Shown: in pieces, positions 50,548 to 61,378 of the stretch
How positions within the stretch are numbered: position 1 is the first letter of the stretch
Layout: the number at the start of each line of letters is the position of its first letter
NCBI GenBank assembly: GCA_044224875.1
Contig: JBGAJQ010000017.1
Location: forward strand, 16,059-80,058
Source of the DNA: Gemmatimonadaceae bacterium
Lineage (GTDB): Bacteria > Gemmatimonadota > Gemmatimonadetes > Gemmatimonadales > Gemmatimonadaceae
Length of the DNA stretch: 64,000 nucleotides
Direction: 5' to 3'
Made by a program: the position numbers and the translations under genes
Notes under the pieces: generated by a model
What the model saw: the letters and a program-made list of their open reading frames with translations, nothing else
Databases searched by the model: none
What the model was told of the DNA's origin: nothing

Positions 50548-50978
50548 CGGATGAATGGAAAGACCTGGATGAGGTCGTACGCCCGTATTTAGAGGCGCGC
50601 GGCTGCGCAGACTTTCTGGTATCCGGCGGATTGAGCGGCTTGTTGAACGAATGGCAGCGCGTGGCAACGTCGCTGGAAAAGGGGTATGACGGACTCCTTG
50701 ACGAATACCTGAACGACATGGACTTGCGGGATATTCTCGAGGACGCGCTGGACGTTGCGTCGGTTGCCGAGGACGCGCCGGTCCGCCACCGGGTGGAGCA
50801 GTTGGACGCCCGCGTGAAGGCGGTGACGGTTCCGTGTGGACCGATTTGGGGCCGCGAGGTCGCGGAGTCGGAGGCCATGGATCCGGCGCTCCAATGGTGG
50901 TACTTCGTGCGGCCCAAGGAGCCAGGCGACGACTTGCGCGGCGAACTCGAGGCGGAAGGTCTACTGGGAGACAACTGA
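50544..50978 (+). CDS. Acidic hypothetical protein, candidate immunity protein
   Basis: ATGA-coupled; strongly acidic; W...GY...EYLNDMDLR...WWY..P. Confidence 0.55.
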   Translation: MTDEWKDLDEVVRPYLEARGCADFLVSGGLSGLLNEWQRVATSLEKGYDGLLDEYLNDMDLRDILEDALDVASVAEDAPVRHRVEQLDARVKAVTVPCGPIWGREVAESEAMDPALQWWYFVRPKEPGDDLRGELEAEGLLGDN

Positions 50979-53294
50979 GTGAACGTTGCGGTGATTGGCG
51001 GCGGGCCGGCCGGACTGTATGTGGCACTCCTGCTGCGGAAGGCCCATCCCGACTGGCCTGTGACCGTTGTGGAGCGGAACGCTCCGGACGACACCTTTGG
51101 TTGGGGCGTCGTGTTCTCCGATCAGACCTTGGAGAACTTTCGCGTTGCGGACGAACCGAGTTATCGGGCGATCGTCGATCACTTCGCGCATTGGGACGAT
51201 ATCGACGTACACGTTCACGGTCGGACGATTACCTCCAGCGGGCATGGGTTCAGCGGTATTGCCCGCAAGCAGCTGCTGCGTATCCTGCAGGAACGGGCGC
51301 GCGCCGTGGGCGTTCAGCTACGCTTCCGGACCGAAGTGCGCGGCCTGGAGGATCTCGAGGCGTTAGGCATTCCGGCTGATCTCGTCGTTGCTGCCGACGG
51401 AGTAAACAGCACGTTCCGGCAGGCGCGTCCTGGGCATTTTCAGCCATTGTTGGACCCGCGACCGAACCACTACATCTGGTTTGGCACGCGACATCGGTTC
51501 GACGCGTTCACCTTTGCGTTCATCGAGCACGGCGGTGAGCTGTATTGGGCCCATGCGTATCGGTTTGACGACTCGCTGTCGACGTTCATCGTGGAGTGTG
51601 GTGAGAAGGCTTGGCGAGCCGCGGGTTTCGACCAGATGGACGCCACGGCGGCCATGCGGACCTGCGAGCGGATGTTCGCGACCTGGCTAGGAGGCGAACC
51701 GCTGTTGTACAACGCCACACCACATCGTCACGCCGCGCCGTGGACCAACTTCCTGCGCATGGCGTGCACGCGGTGGTTCGACGACCGCGTCGTATTGCTC
51801 GGCGATGCCGCGCACACCGCGCACTTCTCGATCGGCAGTGGAACGAAGCTGGCCATGGAAGACGCCATCGCGCTCGCCCAGGAGCTGTCGTCGGATTCGG
51901 CTGCGGATGCGGCGTCGCTCCCGGCGGCGCTCGCGCGCTACCAGGAGGCTCGGATGACCGAGGTGTTGCGGCTGCAGAACGCGGCGCGCAACTCCATGGA
52001 ATGGTTCGAGCACGTCGAGCGTTACTACCGGCTGGCACCGGAGCAGTTCGCGTACTCCCTGTTGACGCGGAGCCAGCGGGTAAGCCACGAGAACCTGCGC
52101 GTGCGCGACCGTGCCTACCTGGACGGGGTGGAACGCTGGTTCGCAGCGCGGGCATCGGCCGGGCGTCACGCGTCGCCAACGCCACCACCGATGCTCACGC
52201 CCTTCGCGCTACGTGCGTTGACCCTGGCGAATCGGGTCGTGGTGTCGCCAATGGACATGTACAGCGCAACCGATGGCACGCCTAACGACTTTCACCTCGT
52301 GCACTACGGCGCGCGCGCGCTGGGCGGCGCCGGTCTGGTCGTGACGGAGATGACCTGCGTCACGCCCCAGGGACGCATCACGCCGGGGTGTACGGGACTC
52401 TACGCGGCCGTTCACGCCGCGGCATGGAGGCGGCTCACCGACTTCGTCCACCAGTGGAGCGCCGCCAAGATCGCCTTGCAGCTGGGACACTCGGGACGAA
52501 AAGGCGCCGTAAAGTCCGGACTCGAGCACGGGGACGAGCCGCTGGACGACGGCGGGTGGGAGGTCATCGCCCCTTCCGCCATCCCGTACCGCGCGACCAT
52601 GGCGACGCCACGGGCCATGACGCGCGCTGACATGACGGCGGTGTGCGCGGCGTTCGTTCGCGCGACGCAGCTGGCGGTCGACGCAAACTTCGACATGCTC
52701 GAACTGCACTGTGCGCACGGCTACCTGCTGTCGTCGTTCATCACCCCGCTCTCCAACCAGCGCCAAGACGAGTATGGCGGGTCGTTGGAGAATCGATTGC
52801 GCTTCCCGCTCGAGGTCTTCAATGCCATACGCGCCGCGTGGCCAGCGGGACGTCCGATTTCGGTGCGCATCTCGGCGACGGATTGGGTCGACGGTGGCGT
52901 AGATGGGACCGACGCGGTGGTCATCGCCAAGGCGTTCCACGACGCCGGCGCCGACATCCTCCATGTGTCGACCGGACAGACCACACCAGACGCGCGACCG
53001 GTCTACGGAAGAATGTGGCAGACCCCATTCAGCGACCGGATTCGGAACGAACTTGGCATCCCAACCATCGCCGTGGGCAGCATCACGGATGCTGACCAGG
53101 TCAATTCCATCCTCTCGGCAGGGCGGGCCGATCTCTGCGCATTGGCGCGGCCGCACCTGGCTGACCCCAACTGGACGCTCCATGCCGCGGCCCAGCTCGG
53201 ATGGCGTGAACAGCCCTGGCCGTGGCAGTATTCCTCTGGCAAGGACCAGCTGGAGCGGCTGTTGGAACGTGCCGCCACCCAGCAACCTCGTTAG
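50979..53294 (+). CDS. abmA: Bifunctional 2-aminobenzoyl-CoA monooxygenase/reductase (salicylyl-CoA 5-hydroxylase family)
   Basis: N-terminal FAD monooxygenase ([40 protein letters not shown]) fused to an old-yellow-enzyme barrel ([16 protein letters not shown]). Confidence 0.88.
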   Translation: MNVAVIGGGPAGLYVALLLRKAHPDWPVTVVERNAPDDTFGWGVVFSDQTLENFRVADEPSYRAIVDHFAHWDDIDVHVHGRTITSSGHGFSGIARKQLLRILQERARAVGVQLRFRTEVRGLEDLEALGIPADLVVAADGVNSTFRQARPGHFQPLLDPRPNHYIWFGTRHRFDAFTFAFIEHGGELYWAHAYRFDDSLSTFIVECGEKAWRAAGFDQMDATAAMRTCERMFATWLGGEPLLYNATPHRHAAPWTNFLRMACTRWFDDRVVLLGDAAHTAHFSIGSGTKLAMEDAIALAQELSSDSAADAASLPAALARYQEARMTEVLRLQNAARNSMEWFEHVERYYRLAPEQFAYSLLTRSQRVSHENLRVRDRAYLDGVERWFAARASAGRHASPTPPPMLTPFALRALTLANRVVVSPMDMYSATDGTPNDFHLVHYGARALGGAGLVVTEMTCVTPQGRITPGCTGLYAAVHAAAWRRLTDFVHQWSAAKIALQLGHSGRKGAVKSGLEHGDEPLDDGGWEVIAPSAIPYRATMATPRAMTRADMTAVCAAFVRATQLAVDANFDMLELHCAHGYLLSSFITPLSNQRQDEYGGSLENRLRFPLEVFNAIRAAWPAGRPISVRISATDWVDGGVDGTDAVVIAKAFHDAGADILHVSTGQTTPDARPVYGRMWQTPFSDRIRNELGIPTIAVGSITDADQVNSILSAGRADLCALARPHLADPNWTLHAAAQLGWREQPWPWQYSSGKDQLERLLERAATQQPR

Positions 53295-53312
53295 GCCCAC
53301 CTTCGGCCATTT

Positions 53313-54161
53313 GTGCCAGCCGTGACCACGTCCCCAGTGTTTCCGCTTTCGACCCTGTCGCCACGCCACTTCCTGCTCAAGATCGAAGGAGGCGTGGCGA
53401 CCGTCACGTTAAACCGACCCGAGCGAAAGAACCCGCTGACATTCGAGTCATACGCGGAGCTGACGGAGTTCTTCCGCACCTTGGTACATGTGCGGGAGAT
53501 CAAGACCGTGGTGCTCACTGGCGCCGGTGACAACTTCTGCAGCGGCGGTGACGTGCACGAAATCATTGGGCCACTGGTGAAGGCACGGGACGACGGACGC
53601 ATGGACGACATCCTCGCCTTCACGCGCATGACGGGTGGATTGGTGAAGGCCATGCGCGCCTGCCCGCAACCGATCGTCGCCGCAGTGGACGGCGTCTGCG
53701 CAGGGGCCGGGGCGATCCTGGCCATGGCCAGCGACCTGCGCGTTGGCACGGCGCGTGCCCGCGTGGGATTTCTCTTCGTCCGCGTGGGATTGAGTGGCGC
53801 CGATATGGGAGCCTGTTCCCTGCTACCTCGCATCATTGGACAGGGGCGTGCCGCCGAGTTGCTCTATACGGGGCGATTCATGAACGGCGACGAAGCGCTC
53901 CAATGGGGTTTCTTCAATCGCATCGCCACACCTGCGGCGTTGGCGCCCGAGGCACACGGCCTGGCCAACGAACTGGCCATCGGCCCGACGTTCGCCCACG
54001 CCATGACAAAGGCCTGCCTGCATAACGAGTGGAGCATGTCGGTCGACGACGCCATCGACCACGAAGCTCAGGCGCAGGCGATCTGCATGCGCACGGGCGA
54101 CTTCGCCCGAGCCTACCGTGCGTTTGTCGCGCGGGCCAATCCGCACTTCGAGGGGTCGTGA
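53313..54161 (+). CDS. Enoyl-CoA hydratase family protein (abm cluster)
   Basis: [21 protein letters not shown] and GLSGADMGA. Confidence 0.9.
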   Translation: MPAVTTSPVFPLSTLSPRHFLLKIEGGVATVTLNRPERKNPLTFESYAELTEFFRTLVHVREIKTVVLTGAGDNFCSGGDVHEIIGPLVKARDDGRMDDILAFTRMTGGLVKAMRACPQPIVAAVDGVCAGAGAILAMASDLRVGTARARVGFLFVRVGLSGADMGACSLLPRIIGQGRAAELLYTGRFMNGDEALQWGFFNRIATPAALAPEAHGLANELAIGPTFAHAMTKACLHNEWSMSVDDAIDHEAQAQAICMRTGDFARAYRAFVARANPHFEGS

Positions 54162-54173
54162 GCCGCCCGCACC

Positions 54174-55349
54174 ATGAGTGATTCCACCTTCCTCGACTGG
54201 CCCTTCTTTGACGCCGACCATCGCACGCTGGCCGCGGATCTCGACCACTGGGCACAACGTGAGCTCGATGTTCCATCGCTGCACGCGGCCGACGTCGAAG
54301 CCACGTGTCGCGCCCTGGTGCGGCAGTTCGGTGCGGCGGGATGGTTGTCGCTGTCGGTTCCGGGCGCGTACGGCGGCAGACGGCCAGCGCTGGACGTGCG
54401 CTCGCTCTGTCTCGCACGCGAGATCCTCGCGCGGCACGACGGACTGGCGGATTTTTCGTTCGCCATGCAGGGACTGGGCGCGGGCCCGATCTCGCTGTAT
54501 GGCAGCGACGAACTACGGACGCGTTACCTCCACAGAGTTCGAGCTGGCGAAGCGATCGCCGCCTTCGCCCTCTCCGAAGCCGAGGCGGGAAGTGACATCA
54601 CGTCCATGAAGACCACCGCACGACGCGACGGGCAGGACTGGGTCCTCAACGGCGAGAAGACGTGGATCTCCAACGCGGGGATCGCCGACTTCTACGTCGT
54701 GTTCGCGCGGCTCGACGGCGAGGCAAATGCGTTCGGCGCGTTTGTGGTGGATGCCGACGACCGCGGACTACGCGTCGCCGAGCGCATCGAGACCATCGCG
54801 CCGCACCCGCTGGGTCGCGTGGTGCTCTCGGACTGCCGCATACGCTCGAACGCCGTCGTGGGCGAAGCAGGCCGCGGTCTCCGCGTCGCGCTCGGCACAC
54901 TCGATGTCTTCCGCTCGACCGTTGCCGCGGCGGCGCTCGGCTTTGCGCGGCGTGCCATGGACGAAGCCGTCGCGTTCGCCCGCAGGCGCGAAGTGTTTGG
55001 TCAACCGTTGGCAGGTCACCAACTCACACAGGCACGCGTGGCGAGCATGGCCACCGAAGTGGACGCGAGTGCCCTCCTCGTTTACCGCGCAGCCTGGATG
55101 CGGGACTGTGCGGCTCCGCGAGTCACACGCGAGGCCGCCATGGCCAAGTGGTACGCGACGGAGGCCGCCCAGCGAGTCATCGACGGTGCCGTGCAGTTGC
55201 TGGGGGGGCGAGGTGTGGTCAGCGGTTCTGTCGTCGAGTCCCTGTACCGGGAGATACGCTCGTTGCGTATTTACGAGGGCACCAGCGAGGTGCAACAGCT
55301 CGTCATTGCCTCACAAGTATTCGGCCCTGCGCGCGGGAGCGACGCATGA
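54174..55349 (+). CDS. Acyl-CoA dehydrogenase (abm cluster)
   Basis: [20 protein letters not shown] and [10 protein letters not shown]. Confidence 0.92.
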   Translation: MSDSTFLDWPFFDADHRTLAADLDHWAQRELDVPSLHAADVEATCRALVRQFGAAGWLSLSVPGAYGGRRPALDVRSLCLAREILARHDGLADFSFAMQGLGAGPISLYGSDELRTRYLHRVRAGEAIAAFALSEAEAGSDITSMKTTARRDGQDWVLNGEKTWISNAGIADFYVVFARLDGEANAFGAFVVDADDRGLRVAERIETIAPHPLGRVVLSDCRIRSNAVVGEAGRGLRVALGTLDVFRSTVAAAALGFARRAMDEAVAFARRREVFGQPLAGHQLTQARVASMATEVDASALLVYRAAWMRDCAAPRVTREAAMAKWYATEAAQRVIDGAVQLLGGRGVVSGSVVESLYREIRSLRIYEGTSEVQQLVIASQVFGPARGSDA

Positions 55350-55370
55350 CGGTGGTATCAGCTGTCGCCC

Positions 55371-57056
55371 ATGACTGAGCGACCTCATCTCCCCGGCGGT
55401 GTGCGGAGCGCCCATACGGACACCTTTGCACGCGAGGCGCTTCCTCCGCAGGCGATGTGGCCGGCGATGGACTATTCGTCGCTGCCCGAGCTGGCGTATC
55501 CCGACCGGCTGAACTGCGCCGTCGAACTGTTGGATCGCGCGATCGAAAGAGGGTGGGGGGAGCGTACGGCGTTCTACTCGCCTGACGGCACCTGCACCTA
55601 TCGTGAGTTGAACGAGCGAGCGAGCCGGATCGCCCGAGTACTGGTGGAGGACCTGCGTCTGCAACCCGGGGCGCGCGTCCTCCTGCGGGGCCCCAACAAC
55701 ATCATGATGGTGGCGTGCTGGTTCGGCATCCTGAAAGCCGGTGGCATTGTGGTGTGCACGATGCCGCTCCTTCGGGCACGCGAGTTGGTGTTCACGGCCG
55801 ACAAGGCTCGCATAGAACTCGCGCTCACGGACACTCGCTTTGCCGCTGACTGCGAACAGGCGATGGCGACACGCGCTGATGGGTCTCCGCGGGTTGGTGC
55901 GCGTACGGTGCATTTTGGAGCGCCCAAGGGATCGCCGCACGGCGACCCGTCACTCGAACAGCTGATGGCGCGAAAGGCGCCGTCGTTCGCGCCGGTCCAG
56001 ACGTCGGCGGACGATGTGGCCCTGATTGCATTCACATCCGGCACGACGGGTGAGGGCAAGGGCACCGTCCACTTTCACCGCGACGTGCTGGCGATCTGCG
56101 ATTGTTTCCCGCGATACGTGTTGAAGCCATCGGCCGAAGACCGCTTCATCGGGTCGCCGCCATTCGCCTTCACATTCGGGCTTGGCGGCCTGGTGCTCTT
56201 TCCAATGCGCATCGGCGCCTCATCGATCCTGCTCGAACAGGGGACCCCACCGCACCTGATCCAAGGCATCCAGGACTTCAAGGCAACGACGGTTTTCACG
56301 GCGCCTACCGCCTACCGGGCAATGCTGGGCCTTCGCAAGGACTTTGACCTCTCGACGCTTCGGGCGTGTGTTTCGGCTGGCGAAACGTTGCCGCTTTCGA
56401 CATTCGAGGCATGGCGCGAAGCGACGGGGCTGAAGATCATCGACGGCATCGGCGCCACCGAGATGTTGCACATCTTCATCAGTGCATCGGGCGACCAGAT
56501 TCGGCCGGGGTCTACAGGGCGAGTGGTGCCGGGCTACGAAGCGCGGGTGGTGGACGACGAGCTGCGGGATGTGCCCGACGGGGAAGTCGGCAAGCTGGCG
56601 GTTCGTGGGCCAACGGGGTGCCGATACCTGGACAACCTCGACCGCCAACGCGCCTACGTTCGCGACGGGTGGAACCTGACGGGAGATTCGTACATCCGGG
56701 ACGCGGACGGCTACTACTGGTACCAGGCACGCACGGACGACATGATCATCTCATCCGGCTACAACATTTCCGGACCGGAGATCGAGAGCGTGCTGTTGGA
56801 GCACCCCACTGTGCTCGAGTGCGGCGTGATTGGCGTGCCGGACACGGAACGGGGCATGCTGGTCCGAGCCTGCGTGGTGCTCCGAGCGGGCGTTGTCGCT
56901 GACGAGGCCACGGTCAAGATCCTGCAAGAATGGGTGAAGTCACAGCTGGCGCCGTACAAGTACCCGCGCTCTGTCGTCTTCCTCACGTCTCTCCCCCGCA
57001 CGTCAACCGGAAAGCTGCAACGATTTCGTCTGCGCGAAGAACACTCCACGACATGA
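55371..57056 (+). CDS. Aromatic acid-CoA ligase (2-aminobenzoate-CoA ligase-like)
   Basis: FTSGTTGEGKG, SAGE, DGIGATEMLHIFIS and APYKYPR. Confidence 0.88.
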   Translation: MTERPHLPGGVRSAHTDTFAREALPPQAMWPAMDYSSLPELAYPDRLNCAVELLDRAIERGWGERTAFYSPDGTCTYRELNERASRIARVLVEDLRLQPGARVLLRGPNNIMMVACWFGILKAGGIVVCTMPLLRARELVFTADKARIELALTDTRFAADCEQAMATRADGSPRVGARTVHFGAPKGSPHGDPSLEQLMARKAPSFAPVQTSADDVALIAFTSGTTGEGKGTVHFHRDVLAICDCFPRYVLKPSAEDRFIGSPPFAFTFGLGGLVLFPMRIGASSILLEQGTPPHLIQGIQDFKATTVFTAPTAYRAMLGLRKDFDLSTLRACVSAGETLPLSTFEAWREATGLKIIDGIGATEMLHIFISASGDQIRPGSTGRVVPGYEARVVDDELRDVPDGEVGKLAVRGPTGCRYLDNLDRQRAYVRDGWNLTGDSYIRDADGYYWYQARTDDMIISSGYNISGPEIESVLLEHPTVLECGVIGVPDTERGMLVRACVVLRAGVVADEATVKILQEWVKSQLAPYKYPRSVVFLTSLPRTSTGKLQRFRLREEHSTT

Positions 57057-57469
57057 GCGAAGCCTCACTCCCACGACCGGTCGTTGTGCCCGCATGGCGC
57101 GCCCCACACGGGTATGCCGATGGCATGACGGGCCGCGGACGCGTCGTCGTGACCGCCGGCATTATCGGCTGGAACCCCACTACGCTGGACATTGCGTCGG
57201 ACGAGTTGGCCGACCAGGCCGGTCAAGCCCTGCGCAACATCGTCGAGGTGCTGGCGGCCGCCGGCGCCGAGCCGCGCCATCTCGTCAGGCTCACCTGGTA
57301 CCTCACGGATCGTGCAGCGTACATCGCCGCGCGACCGGCCATCGGCGAGCTGTATCGCGCCACGATCGGTCGGCACTTCCCGGCCATGGCGGTCGTGTTC
57401 GTATCTGGCCTCCTGGAAGCGCGCGCCAAGGTGGAGATCGAAGCCACCGCGATCATCCCCGACGAGTAG
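57053..57469 (+). CDS. RidA/YjgF/UK114 family protein
   Basis: QALRNI...FPAMAVV...KVEIEATA; ATGA-coupled to the ligase. Confidence 0.9.
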   Translation: MSEASLPRPVVVPAWRAPHGYADGMTGRGRVVVTAGIIGWNPTTLDIASDELADQAGQALRNIVEVLAAAGAEPRHLVRLTWYLTDRAAYIAARPAIGELYRATIGRHFPAMAVVFVSGLLEARAKVEIEATAIIPDE

Positions 57470-57489
57470 CCCGCGGCCCGTCTTCGCTA

Positions 57490-58333
57490 AATCAACGGAG
57501 CGCGCCGAGCGACACCCGGGGCAACCGCCAGCATGCCCCACACGGCCACCAACGAGTGCGAGGGTCGAAGGAACGCGAAACCAGCGGACGGTCGCGCTCA
57601 CGACAGCCCAACTGGCTGCGGCGCACAACAGCATCACGCCGTAGACCGTGAGCGCGCGACCGGGTGTCGTATCCGTCACCAGGAAGTACCCGACGATGAA
57701 GCCCGGGAACGCGGCCGCAAATACACCAAAGGCGCTCGTCAGCCACAACGTCGACCGTCGAGCCGGGCCCAGCAACTGGATGATGGACTTGGATGGGGCG
57801 AGATCGAGGCACCCGCGCGGCGTACACAGCGTACACGGAGAGCATCGCGGGCTGGCGACGTGGATCACTGGCCGCTGGCCGTACAATCGTTCCACCGGTA
57901 GCAACGGGCACAGGGCATTGCAGAAGCCGGCCTTGGCGTCGTATACCACGCCGCACGCTGCCGCCATCACGGCACAAACGACCAACAGCAGAATGAGCCA
58001 GTTCGCGTGCGTGTTGAGTGCCACGTGACGCGCCGGGACCAGCACGGCGAGGAGCGCAATACTCGGAACACCGGCAGCGCGGCTGACGTTTGGATTCAGT
58101 CGACGGCGACCAATTCCTGCGCCCATCAGGTTGATGGATGCCAAGGGGCAGAGATTTCGCCACAAGTTCGGCGCAACAAGGAAACTCAACGGGAGCAGCG
58201 GAACAATGGCGTTCCAGAAGATGCGCAGCGCCAGATCAGGGTAAGCGACCAGCGCGTATGCCGTCGCGATGAGCACTGCCATCGCTACGAGTTGCGCCCT
58301 TTGCCACAGCTTGCCCTGCTGAGGCGTGGTCAT
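57490..58333 (-). CDS. Membrane protein with ferredoxin-like Cys motifs (NapH/RdxA-like); 3' end disrupted
   Basis: TM helices, WRNLCPLA, FCNALCPLLP and CSPCTLC...C. The frame runs on antisense into ridA, implying a lesion near 57540; the end is approximate. Confidence 0.65.
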
Positions 58334-58756
58334 GACCGCGAGCGCGCGCTTGCGCGTGCGCACTGCTCGTACCGAGTCATGCGCTAACGCATCCAAGTGC
58401 ACGCGAGATGGCCGCGCCTCGGCTTGTTCCAAAATCCGGTCTCCGTGAGTAGCCGTTACAGACGACTTCTGGGGCGCCTCGTGCGGTCAGGAAAGAGGAG
58501 CCGAGTTGTCCGTGAAGGCCCTACACGTTTTTGTGTCAGATAGCGGTGACCATTTCACGGGATTTGGGGTCTGTGCTTCTAAGCCCATGCGATTCCCGAC
58601 CGTTACCCCGACTTCTGGTCCGACGCCACTCCCGGTGTAGCCGCCGGTTGAGACGCGCCGCGACCTGACCATCATCGCGCGGCGCCTGTGACTTGTGTTG
58701 CTGGGCTCCGCACCGTTCGCCGAGAAGTTGTCGGCATCACGAGACCCCTCCACACA

Positions 58757-60199
58757 ATGTCAGAACAGTTACAACTCGCGGCGGAGGCCGCGGAGGAACG
58801 CGTTGGATCGGGAGAACTCCGCTTCTGGGGGGCTGTGCGTGAGTCCCTGAGTGGCGCGCATCACGACTTCACTCAGGGCCCCATCAGTCGAGCGATCCTG
58901 CTGTTGGCCATTCCGATGGTACTGGAGATGGCCATGGAGAGCGTCTTTGCCGTGGTCGACGTGTTCTTCGTGGCGCGACTCGGTGCGGATGCGGTGGCCA
59001 CCGTTGGATTGACGGAGTCGCTGCTCACGTTGGTGTATGGGTTGGCCATGGGGCTGGGTATTGGCGCCACGGCCCTGGTGGCACGCCGAGTGGGTGAACG
59101 AGACCTTGCCGGTGCGTCGCAGGCGGCGGTCCAGGCCCTGTGGCTCGGGCTCGGACTGTCGATGGTGCTTGGCTTATGCGGCTTGCTGTTCGCGCCACGA
59201 CTGTTGGTGCTGATGGGAGCGGAACCTGGCGTGGTGGCACGTGGTTCCGCGTTCACCCGCATCATGCTCGGCGGCAATGCCAGCGTCCTGATGTTGTTCC
59301 TGGTGAACGCGATCTTCCGCGGAGCCGGGGATGCGGCCATTGCCATGCGTGTGTTGTGGCTGGCGAACGGCATCAACATCGTGCTCGGTCCCTGCCTGAT
59401 CTTCGGACTGGGGCCATTCCCCGAGCTCGGTGTCACGGGAGCCGCGGTGGCCACGACGATTGGCCGCGGGACGGGAGCCGTGTGGGCATTGAGCCGGTTG
59501 TGGCGTGGCTCCAGCCGCATCCAGGTGACGCGCGCGGACATCCAGCTGCGCTTGGACGTGATGTGGCGATTGGTGCGGCTGTCGGCGGCCGGCACGGTAC
59601 AGGTGATGATCGGCATGGCATCGTGGGTCCTGCTCGTTCGCATCCTGTCGTCGTTCGGTAGTGCCGCGCTTGCCGGTTATACGATAGCGGTGCGGATCAT
59701 GGTGTTCGCGTTGTTGCCCTCGTGGGGGTTGAGCAATGCGGCTGCCACGATGGTGGGTCAGGCGCTGGGGGCGAAGGCGCCGGCCCGCGCCGAGCGTGCG
59801 GTGCAGCTGGCGGGGTGGTTCAACATGGTGTTCCTTGGCTCGGTGGGATTGGTCTTCGTGGTGTTCACGCCGGGGATCATCGGGCTGTTCACCGCCGATC
59901 CGGCCGTTGCCCCAACGGCCATCATGGGGCTTCGCACGGTGGCGTCGGGCTTCCTGTTCTACGCGTGGGGGATGGTCTACACCAACGCGTTCAATGGGGC
60001 CGGCGACACGTGGACGCCCACATGGCTCAACTTTGGCTGCTTCTGGCTCTGGGAGGTTCCACTCGGCTGGGTGCTGGCGATTCGACTGCAGATGGGGCCT
60101 CAAGGTGTGTTCCTGGCCATCGCCATCGCTTATGCGACCTTGGCGGTGCTGAGCGGGCTGCTATTCCGGCGCGGTGGGTGGAAGAAGAGCGTCGTGTAG
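58757..60199 (+). CDS. MATE family efflux transporter
   Basis: FTQGPI..AILLLAIPM, VDVFFV, RGAGDA and NGAGDT. Confidence 0.93.
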   Translation: MSEQLQLAAEAAEERVGSGELRFWGAVRESLSGAHHDFTQGPISRAILLLAIPMVLEMAMESVFAVVDVFFVARLGADAVATVGLTESLLTLVYGLAMGLGIGATALVARRVGERDLAGASQAAVQALWLGLGLSMVLGLCGLLFAPRLLVLMGAEPGVVARGSAFTRIMLGGNASVLMLFLVNAIFRGAGDAAIAMRVLWLANGINIVLGPCLIFGLGPFPELGVTGAAVATTIGRGTGAVWALSRLWRGSSRIQVTRADIQLRLDVMWRLVRLSAAGTVQVMIGMASWVLLVRILSSFGSAALAGYTIAVRIMVFALLPSWGLSNAAATMVGQALGAKAPARAERAVQLAGWFNMVFLGSVGLVFVVFTPGIIGLFTADPAVAPTAIMGLRTVASGFLFYAWGMVYTNAFNGAGDTWTPTWLNFGCFWLWEVPLGWVLAIRLQMGPQGVFLAIAIAYATLAVLSGLLFRRGGWKKSVV

Positions 60200-60338
60200 C
60201 TGGCGCGGCTCGGGCGCTTCAGTTTCGTCGGCCACTGTGCCGATACTCTTATGTTTTGGCCTTTGCGTCGTTAGGCGGCAAGAAACACAATCCGTCCTGG
60301 TTCGTCTTATGACTGACGTCTCTACCATGGGAGCACCA

Positions 60339-60623
60339 ATGAACATCTCCGGATTGTCCAACGCCCTCTCTGCCCTGCAGCGCGGATCGGCCGCCGTCGA
60401 TCGCGCCGCGTCGCGTATTGCGAGCGCCGGAGTATCCGATCCCTCCGCCGGGACGGCACCCGCGGTGGAAGCTGGCGGGCAGGACGACCTCGCCGGCGCG
60501 AACGTCGACATGATGGTGGCGACGCACATGTTCATGGCCGCTGTCCGACTGGCCCAGACGACGAACGAGAACGTGCTCGCTGCACTCCGCCTGGGTGGAT
60601 ATCAGGCCGACGCAGCTGCCTAA
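60339..60623 (+). CDS. Small protein resembling fused flagellar rod/hook N- and C-terminal helices
   Basis: GGAG RBS; SNALSALQRGSAAVDRAASRIAS and DLAGANVDMMVATHMFMAAVRLAQT. Confidence 0.6.
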   Translation: MNISGLSNALSALQRGSAAVDRAASRIASAGVSDPSAGTAPAVEAGGQDDLAGANVDMMVATHMFMAAVRLAQTTNENVLAALRLGGYQADAAA

Positions 60624-60671
60624 CGTAATAGCGCCGAACTGCACGACGCGCCCGATACCCGTATCGACTTC

Positions 60672-60702
60672 AGCGCCCCGCACTGCGGGGCGCTTCTTTT
60701 TT
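60672..60702 (+). terminator. Rho-independent terminator
   Basis: AGCGCCCCGC-act-GCGGGGCGCT followed by TCTTTTTT. Confidence 0.8.
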
Positions 60703-61005
60703 GCGGACGCCCGCGATCGATCGGAACAACGAACGTCCACGCACTCCATGACCGTGTCCGTCGGCTCACACACGGCGCACGGTGCCGGAAGCGCCTTCGT
60801 GTTGGCACCCACACATCACCCCGATCTGCCGGTATCCCCGGAGGCGGATTCGCGGGCTGCTCGAACGCGGCGGTGCCGTCGAACGCGGCCACTTGCAGAG
60901 TCCCGGCGGGGCTTGGATGTGGTACCTGCACTACAGCTGGGCTCGATTGACGACATCGTGCACTCGACGAATTGCGTCGTTCTTTCATTAGATGATTCTT
61001 AGACA

Positions 61006-61021
61006 CGTGACGCAAATCACA
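61006..61021. promoter_or_regulatory. CRP/FNR-family binding site candidate
   Basis: CGTGA-cgcaaa-TCACA, a 9/10 match to TGTGA-N6-TCACA, in an AT-rich intergenic stretch. Confidence 0.45.
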
Positions 61022-61378
61022 CCTAAAGGAATGGCGACGCGTGACTTGTGAAGCAGTTCTGGACCGCGCTCCCATTTGGGGCTGAGCCGAGCACGGCAGT
61101 GGCACAGTCAGTGCCTCCCTATGTGGCCGGAATGCCGGCCCGGCTCGGCATGTGGCGGCCCGCCCGCTCGTCACATCGCAAAAAAGGAGAAATCTGGAGC
61201 CGCGGTCGGCACTAACATCTGCACTGGTCCGTGCTCCCCTTCCTGTGACCAGTGATCGATAGGCTGGCTCTTCGGAGCCAGCCTATCTTTTTTTCTCGCC
61301 GCGGTAACCGTGTGCGCACTATCCTTCCCGCGCGGTATTGCCCGTCGCCGGAGAATCTCCCGCACACTGAGATCATTA

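Noticed and set aside
57065..57490. Apparent 400-nt antisense overlap of the ferredoxin-like ORF with ridA
   Set aside because: The extension loses protein-like character, so it is better explained by a lesion near 57540.
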